A stretch of DNA of 64,000 nucleotides from Octopus vulgaris (Eukaryota), in contig OX597837.1 of the NCBI GenBank assembly GCA_951406725.2, positions 9,672,001 through 9,736,000 of the forward strand. Reading direction: 5' to 3'. The translations under genes and the position numbers were made by a program. Below the pieces are notes generated by a model. The model was not told where the DNA came from. It saw only the letters and a list, made by a program, of their open reading frames with translations, and made no database searches. Positions 60,296 to 64,000 of this stretch are shown piece by piece (within the stretch, counting starts at the first letter, position 1; the number at the start of each line of letters is the position of its first letter).

Positions 60296-60799
60296 TACAC
60301 ACACACACACACACACATACAAACAAAGAAATACACAAGTTGCAATAATATTTTTTCAGAATATGACCCACAAAATTCATCAAGAAAACCATAGCGGAAG
60401 CTCGCGATAAATGAATATATGGCGATAAATGAATGTATAATCAGTACTTATGATACTTAATGATTAAATGTTGCTATGGCTATATACTAACGAGTCTATG
60501 TAATAATTAGTTATCTGATAACTATTGTTATTAGGAATAGGCTTTTGCCATTTTCAGAAATAGAGATGGATGTTACATCTTCAGAAAATTGATAGATAAA
60601 CATTATTTCGGTTATTTATAACATATAGCTTTACAATATGTTGCTGAAGAGGTTTAGAGATTTACAAAATGTATGTGTGGTTGTATGCATGAAAAAACGG
60701 TAAGTCACCACATAGCACTACCAGTCATCGTACATTGACTGGAAAGGCATAAGACAGGTAATCTCTTAATTTAGCTCGCAGTGTCATCTATTTAATGTC

Positions 60800-60838
60800 C
60801 GTCACTGATGAGGAGACAATTACTCCGAAATATTGACG
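60800..60838 (+). ncRNA. Minimal hammerhead-like motif
   Basis: CGTCA-CTGATGA-GGAG acaatta CTCC-GAA-ATAT-TGACG; one nucleotide short at the cleavage site. Confidence 0.6.
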
Positions 60839-61540
60839 TCTCACAGTCTAGGTAGTTGGTGCAACGAGCTGATCTAGATGTATACACTCCATTCTCTGTG
60901 ACCAAATGCTATATATACCGTGATAAAACACAGTGAGTAGCTTGTTCCCCAGTTCGAACGTGCATCAAGCGTATTCAGACTGATAATAACACTGCAATAC
61001 TTACTATTAGTTTTAAATTTTGGTACCACAGCAGAAATTTTAGTGAAAGAGATTAAGTCAATTACATCGATTCCAGATCTCAGCTGGTACTTATTTTATT
61101 GACCTCGAAAGGATAAAAGGTAAAGTCGACCTCGGCGGAATTTGAGCTCGGAATATAAAGACGAACGAAATGCTGCTAATCATTTTAACCCGGCGTTAAC
61201 GATTCTGCCAGCCCCACCTTTGAATATTAAATATAGTCGCAGAAGTAGATTCCCCAGCCTCAAATGTTATAGAGACGAGTAAATTTTTTTTTTCTAGTAT
61301 TAAGTAACGAGGAAGACGTCACACATTGAACACGTCACTGGTTTAGTGTAGGGAACTCCTTGTGAACACACGTCAAGTTAAAGAAACGATCCTGAAAGGA
61401 ATCGATGAAGCAAACACGATTTAAGGTTAATGAGGATTGGTTTTGTAAAGGTGTGCGTGTATATTCATGGTGACGTGGTATGTGCGTGTATAAATATACA
61501 TACATATATATATACACACACACACATTCATATATCTCTG

Positions 61541-61689
<149 letters not shown>

Positions 61690-61704
61690 ATATATATATG
61701 TATA

Positions 61705-61756
<52 letters not shown>

Positions 61757-62029
61757 ATATATATATGATGTCTGCTGTTTTAATAGTCTTGTTGTTCACA
61801 ATTCCAGCCAATCAGCTAGTTGTGTCTGATTAATAATAACGTGAACGTGAATGAATGGATCGATCGATTGATCGATAGATGGTTGTTAACGATTGGCGTT
61901 TAAATGTTGTAGATCGAAGACTTGAGGTGAGAGTCGTTACGATAAATCATTCATTGATTTCTCTTAAGTGGAAAAAACTGTTTCGCTTTGTTGTTGTTGC
62001 TGTTGTTGTTGCTGTTGTTGTTGTTGTTT

Positions 62030-62069
<40 letters not shown>

Positions 62070-62167
62070 CGTCGTCGTCGTTGTTGTCCTTTCTTTCTTT
62101 CTTTTTTCTGCATCTTCATTATTATTAATATTGTTGTCGTTGTTTTTGTTGTTGCTATTATTATCAT

Positions 62168-62202
<35 letters not shown>

Positions 62203-62361
62203 TTATTATTATTATTATCATTATCATCATCAGCATCGTCATTATTATTATTATTATTGTTATTATTATTATTATCATTATTGTTATTATTACTATCAGT
62301 ATTATTATTATTATTACTACTACTACTACTACTACTATTATTACTATTGTTATTCTTATTC

Positions 62362-62393
<32 letters not shown>

Positions 62394-62413
62394 GTTATTA
62401 TTATTATTATTAA

Positions 62414-62476
<63 letters not shown>

Positions 62477-62551
62477 CATCATTATTATTATTATTACTAT
62501 TATTATTATTATTATTATTACTATTATTATTATTGCTATTATTATTATTAA

Positions 62552-62587
<36 letters not shown>

Positions 62588-62592
62588 CATCA

Positions 62593-62650
<58 letters not shown>

Positions 62651-62769
62651 CATTATTATTATTATTATTATTGATCGACTCGTTCGTGCAAAGAAAATGG
62701 TGATTGTCTTTTAATAACAGTCAGGAGAGAGTAGTTACGTTATGTGAAGTTATGTGATGTTACGACTAG

Positions 62770-63130
62770 GTTTTCGTGATGTTTAGCTCTGGGTTTGGGT
62801 GCGGTATGGCGTGATGCTGTCCATTGCGGTGCGGTGCAGTGCGGTGTGGTGCAGTGCGGTGCGGTGCGGTGTTAATGTGGTACAGGAGCAGCGTGACGTT
62901 GCGTTATGTGGTGTTAATGTTGTATAATGCAGCGTAGTGTTGCATAGGGCGGGGTGGTATGTTGCAATGCCGTGTGGCTTGGTTTGGCGTGGCGTGGCGT
63001 GGTGTGGTGTGGTGTTGATATGGTGTTGATCAGGTATGATGTAGTATTATGTTGGTTTGATCTGGTGTAGCGTAATGTAATGCGGTACGGCATTTCTATG
63101 TGATGTAGTATGTCGTTGTCAGGTGTCGTA
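62770..63130. repeat. Degenerate pentanucleotide repeat (GTGCG/GTGTG/GTTAT)
   Basis: 5-bp periodicity visible; similar sequence resumes at ~63530-63800. Confidence 0.75.
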
Positions 63131-63179
63131 CAATATTAGAGTACGCTGCGTGTGCGTGAGGATAAGCGATAAACATCGC

Positions 63180-63480
63180 CCTTTTCAAGCCTATCCAGGT
63201 TCATGGGCCCGGTTTCCCGGTTTCTGTCGCGTATGTGTTCCCCACCAGCTAGACGGGACGCCAGTCCATCGCAGCGTTACTCAAGAAACAGGAAGAGAGA
63301 GTGAGAGAAATTTCAGGTGAAAGAGTACAACAGGGGTCACCACCACCCCTTGCCGGAGCGTCGTGAAGCTTTTAGTTGTTTTCGCTCAATAAACACACAC
63401 AACGCCTGGCCTGGGAATCGAAACCGCGATCCTCCGACCGCAAGTCCGCTGCCCTAACCATTGGGCCATTGTGCCTCCAC
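63180..63480 (-). mobile_element. Full-length tRNA-derived SINE, family C
   Basis: Minus strand GTGGAGGCACAATGGCCCAATGGTTAGGGCAGCGG (A box) ... GGTTTCGATTCCC (B box); central CTGCGATGGACTGGCGTCCCGTC resembles the V-type conserved SINE domain. Confidence 0.88.
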
Positions 63481-64000
63481 GTGCGCGTGATGAGGTAAGG
63501 CATAATTATCGTGTGCACTAGGCGCGACATCATGAGCTGCAGTGACATAAATGCACCGGTTGTGTGATGTTGTGACGGTTATGACGCTGCATTATGCTTC
63601 GTTACGTGTAGTACGATGTGAGTTCGTACCTCGTAGTGCGATAGGAGAGCGTTGCAACTGTGACGTGGTGTACTGTTACGGTTTATTGCGGGCGTGGCGT
63701 ACTCCTGTGTCTCTGCGCTTCAGGTGTGACGTATTTATGAAGTGTTTCAGTGGTGGGCTGGTGTCACAGTTTGTTACAGATGTGGCGATGACGTTTTGAG
63801 AATGCGCTAAAGTATTTCTCGTTACGCACGTTCGTTCTTTGGTTTAACTGTCATCCCCACAAAGCGTCAATGTGACAGCCCTAAGCCCTGATTTCGCAAC
63901 CCAAACAAAATGTCTCATGCTTTTTGTCTTTACATATATGTCTTTATTGCCCACAAGGGGCTAAACATAAAGGGAACAAACAAGGACAGACAATGGGATT

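Noticed and set aside
61335-61391. Minus-strand acceptor TTCCTTTCAG followed by [18 protein letters not shown]
   Set aside because: All frames close quickly and there is no convincing donor; cannot be supported.
63400-63480. tRNA-like sequence
   Set aside because: It is the head of a SINE, continuous with the SINE body and lacking a proper acceptor stem; the same applies to the other SINE heads.

Overview
Eukaryotic, AT-rich, extremely microsatellite-dense non-coding DNA. The abundant tRNA-derived SINEs and repeat load resemble an octopod (Octopus) genome; this is inferred from recognised repeat style, not from a search. Nearly all ORFs in the supplied track are translations of simple repeats. 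No complete gene is present. One plausible minus-strand terminal exon (9922-10028, hydrophobic GPI/TM-like tail) suggests the window is mostly a large intron. Mobile DNA: three SINE families in many copies, degenerate mariner and DD37D (maT) transposons, a mariner-type MITE (2 copies), a non-autonomous Helitron, and L1/Tx1-clade LINE 3' ends inside (GATA)n. The main unexplained signal is about 10 type-I hammerhead ribozyme(-like) motifs from several unrelated short non-coding elements. Most have a palindromic stem III, several have altered catalytic cores, and they sit next to (TA)n tracts, fold-back inverted repeats and long flanking duplications. Also notable: a perfect 172-bp palindrome built from hammerhead 3' halves, a ~137-bp long-range inverted repeat covering the putative splice acceptor's pyrimidine tract, and a SINE with a Tx1-like tail that appears to insert into its own family.
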